Shown here piece by piece: positions 60,804 to 64,000 of a DNA stretch of 64,000 nt (positions are counted from its first letter, which is position 1; the number at the start of each line of letters is the position of its first letter). The notes under the pieces were generated by a model. It saw only the letters and a list, made by a program, of their open reading frames with translations, was not told the DNA's origin and did not search any database. Made by a program: the position numbers and the translations under genes. The stretch comes from Botryllus schlosseri. Its lineage: Eukaryota. The stretch spans positions 8,556,001 through 8,620,000 of the forward strand of contig CM119385.1 in NCBI GenBank assembly GCA_051294905.1, written 5' to 3'.

Positions 60804-63800
60804 GTGAGATATCTATGGTCGTTCCGCCATACCTGTTATTGACTCGATTTCACCTCGACCTCTCAGTATGTGAATGTTTTCTTAGACTTGACATGTCTCT
60901 GCGACCCCAAATTATGTTGGGAAAGTAATGGACTGTTGACCCGGTGTGCATACTGTTATTTCCGTAGCGGTGGTGCGTACTGATCACCAAATTGGTCGAT
61001 TGCATATAATTGACCAATATTGGGTCAGTAAAGATGGCTTACCATTGGGTATGATATGTGACTTCATTAGAAAAGACTGGAATAGCCATTCTCGGTTATA
61101 GGTCAGGTCATTCTAAAGATGAAAGGTTAGCCGATTTCATTAGGTAAAATGGCTGAATGCGTCCGAATCTGTAACCTGTGTCTTCATGACTTTGTGCTCT
61201 CGGCAGTCGCTGTCGGTCACTAGTTAGAGTCGATTGTGTGATTTTTTTGTTTCTTCAATAATACAGTGCACCCCCTGTGCTGATATATACTGATATATAC
61301 GTACAGCGTGTTGTGTGCTATCTAAAAAAAGCCCCGATTGGATTTTCCAATGAAATACACCAACACGTACGATCGCACAGTATTGTTCGCTACATTTTGC
61401 AATATTGACGTTGGAGGTCACCGGATTTTCATTTGAAGTAACAGATTATCCTTGAAAAATACAGTATTTACATTGTTAATCCCGATTTGAGGTGTTCTAA
61501 CGGGGCTCTGATGGATAACTCAGCGGGTAAATCATGTGTTGATGGAAATGGCATGATTTTGTGCCTGACTGATTCGAATACGCTAAGAAACGGGCTGGCT
61601 AGACTCGATATCTTTTCGTTAAATGTACGCGCGGAATCTGAGGTATTGTCGCGTTGCATGCTAACCTATCTCATGCGTGCCCTCTGCCCTATTATCTTCG
61701 CTTTTATTGAGATACGTATTAGAATTGGGATTTAAGTCTAGGGTGAATGCAATTTCGCAGTTCGTTTGAGCGGTCACTTATGGGGTAACTGTGTGGGCTT
61801 ATTGTGATTGACGGCAACACGTACGCGTTCTGACAATCTCCGTTATGATGTCTAATATCATGACATGCGCCAATTCACTGCTTCTACGAGTATGTTTGAG
61901 AGTGAAATTTACAGATATACTGTAATACCCATACCCTCAAATATTCGAAATGCACGTATCGCCGTGAAATGTGCGTCTCTAAAATTTTATGAAATCCGCG
62001 GCGCCATTAGTTGGTCCATTTGTGGTATGCAGATCCAGTATAGTTATTCAAGTTTTCTACGCAAAAACGATATTTTTAGCCTGCTTGCAACAGTGTTGAT
62101 TGAGCCATCGTACTTCTGTCAAGTGCCCTGCTGACAATTAGACGTTCCGAGCAATTGACGCCGCAGGTTGTCCGGTACTTTTCAAGTGATAAATGAATAT
62201 CTCCGTACGACGGCGATAATGAAGTCCTTGGCTGTTATGAAATTTTAATGCCGAATTGCTTTGCGAGACTGTCAAAAGTTGTATACTTGTATACAGCCCG
62301 ATTTGTGTGACGCATACAGCAATACGTGAAACTACCGCGAGTTTTTCGAGGGATGGGTAAACTCAGGCCCCGGTAGCAATCCTTAACACTCTAAAAATAA
62401 ATATGTGATAATACATTCGGCAATGTGAAAGCTGTAACAGTATATGAATGGGGTTATCGGGGGCTCCACATTATATACATTTGCTTATAAATGGGCTTCT
62501 ACCTAACTAGGGCCGGGTTATGTGTAGTTAGCAATCGTAATCATTCGAGTGGGATAGAGACCTAGAGAGGGATGATTTTTTTCGAGAAATATAGATCGGT
62601 GATATCTTCCCACCATGGGACCCTCGAAACCTCGATTGATCGCACCACGACACCCAAAACATACTGTACACAAGGCTAGGAATATTCATGGAACGGCATT
62701 TCTGCGAAGCATAGTAGCCGTCACGCAGCATGGTTACAGAGCAAGGTCAAAAAAATGCAAATTCATTTCATGTCATTAATTTTCTTCGCTGCGTGGAAAA
62801 GGCACATGCTGAATAACATACATATGACGTCATAATCTGTTATACTCGAATACTTCTTAAACCTGTGGTTACGAATTCGGGTTCTGCTAAAATTTGTGGG
62901 ACGCATTATTCGATTTCTGATAAGTAAATGATACTAAGAATGAGCGGGAATATGTTGCTAAATGTACCGATATGTAGCAGAAAATACAATGCTCTTGCAT
63001 GTTGTGGTCCGTTCCTATATTAAGAATCTATCTTGAACCGCGACATCCGAGTTTCTCTGAGTTGCTAATACAAGCGGCGTTGTTTCACATCTCGAATCGA
63101 TCAGACCAAATTATCAGTCAATCTTATTTGTTCGTTGCGTGACTTGCGTCAGTCAGCCGTTTCTGCATTATAACGCGCCAGATTTGGTTACATATCAACG
63201 ATGTTATCCGAAATACCAGATAACAATCAGTTTCTTGCGGTCATTCATGCGTAACCGACATCAACTTGGATACATCAAGCTTTTCCGCCTTGCCTATATT
63301 GTAGGAATGCACCTAACGTGACATTATGAGTACACTCCGCACTGCCCACTCCACACTTGCGTGAAACCAAGCCCTTGTTTAAGGTTTTGGTTGGCGTTAT
63401 TTACATTGCTATTGCGCAGCAAGTCCTAAGAACAGATTGTACTATAGCAGGACTCCACAGCCTCTTTTACTCCGTGGCTTCCTTTGGAAATTTTGAAAAT
63501 CAATGGTCACACTTTGAATACATGAAGAATCGTAAATTTTGATTAAAAAAACAACAACAATAAACATGATAGTACATTAATTAGATATTACGTATGCAGT
63601 TAATATGATGTTCGAGCTTGTTTTTGTTCTGACTATGTCTTACTTGATTGTTTGGTGTATGGTAGACGGAAGAAAGTACCGTAAACAAAAGATCAAGAAG
63701 TAGCATATTGCGGTACTAGTATTTTTATCATAGTTTAAATTATTTCTTTTGTTATAGTCATATAGTGGAGATGATATAATTTTCAAATTCTCTTATGGCC

Positions 63801-64000
63801 CCCGTAAAAGTGGCTCATGGTCCCCAGGCTGGGAACCCCTGTACTAACGGATGCTCCGTTGAATATATGATACGATGAGTATACCCACATCGATAACGAA
63901 TGGCATCAATTTGGCACAACGGCAATATGCAGTTCATAAGCCAATATCCTTACATCATACTTTTAACGTTTTGCAGTTTTGTGTGCAAGCTTCGGTTCGT

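Noticed and set aside
63421-63542. QVLRTDCTIAGLHSLF... after gcgcag as the DI-S6 exon
   Set aside because: It lacks the hydrophobic FFxxxIFLGSFYLxNLILAVV S6 signature and runs into a stop; the real S6 exon must lie beyond 64000.

Overview
Eukaryotic (animal) genomic DNA, AT-rich, with long introns full of transposon remnants; there are no prokaryotic features, CRISPR arrays or rRNA. An invertebrate chordate such as an ascidian is my guess, not something the sequence proves. The only recognisable protein-coding gene is the 5' part of a voltage-gated sodium channel (Nav/SCN-family) alpha subunit on the + strand. It runs from the N-terminus through domain I S1-S5 and the DI pore loop; the DI-S6 exon and the rest lie beyond base 64000. 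I placed the exons by hand at GT/AG sites with consistent phases: [19706-19781 candidate], 21601-21919, 31277-31494, [46268-46651 alternative first exon], 48861-49072, 51505-51633, 53844-53959, 57612-58746, 60659-60803. The channel is unusual in four ways: (1) two unrelated N-termini both splice in phase to the same TYIVLNK exon; (2) a single 1135-nt exon encodes an extracellular DI S5-pore loop about 270 aa longer than in human Nav1.1, with 17 N-glycosylation sequons and 9 extra cysteines; (3) the DI pore reads NQDAWSR instead of TQD(Y/F)WEN, losing the TTX aromatic residue and the outer-ring glutamate; (4) the DI S3-S4 linker is 8 aa longer. The introns hold many non-autonomous hAT-type MITEs with 8-bp target-site duplications (TSDs), a 1.64-kb almost fully palindromic element, a tRNA-derived SINE family and several hairpins. 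All alignments and identities were estimated by eye; no database search was run.
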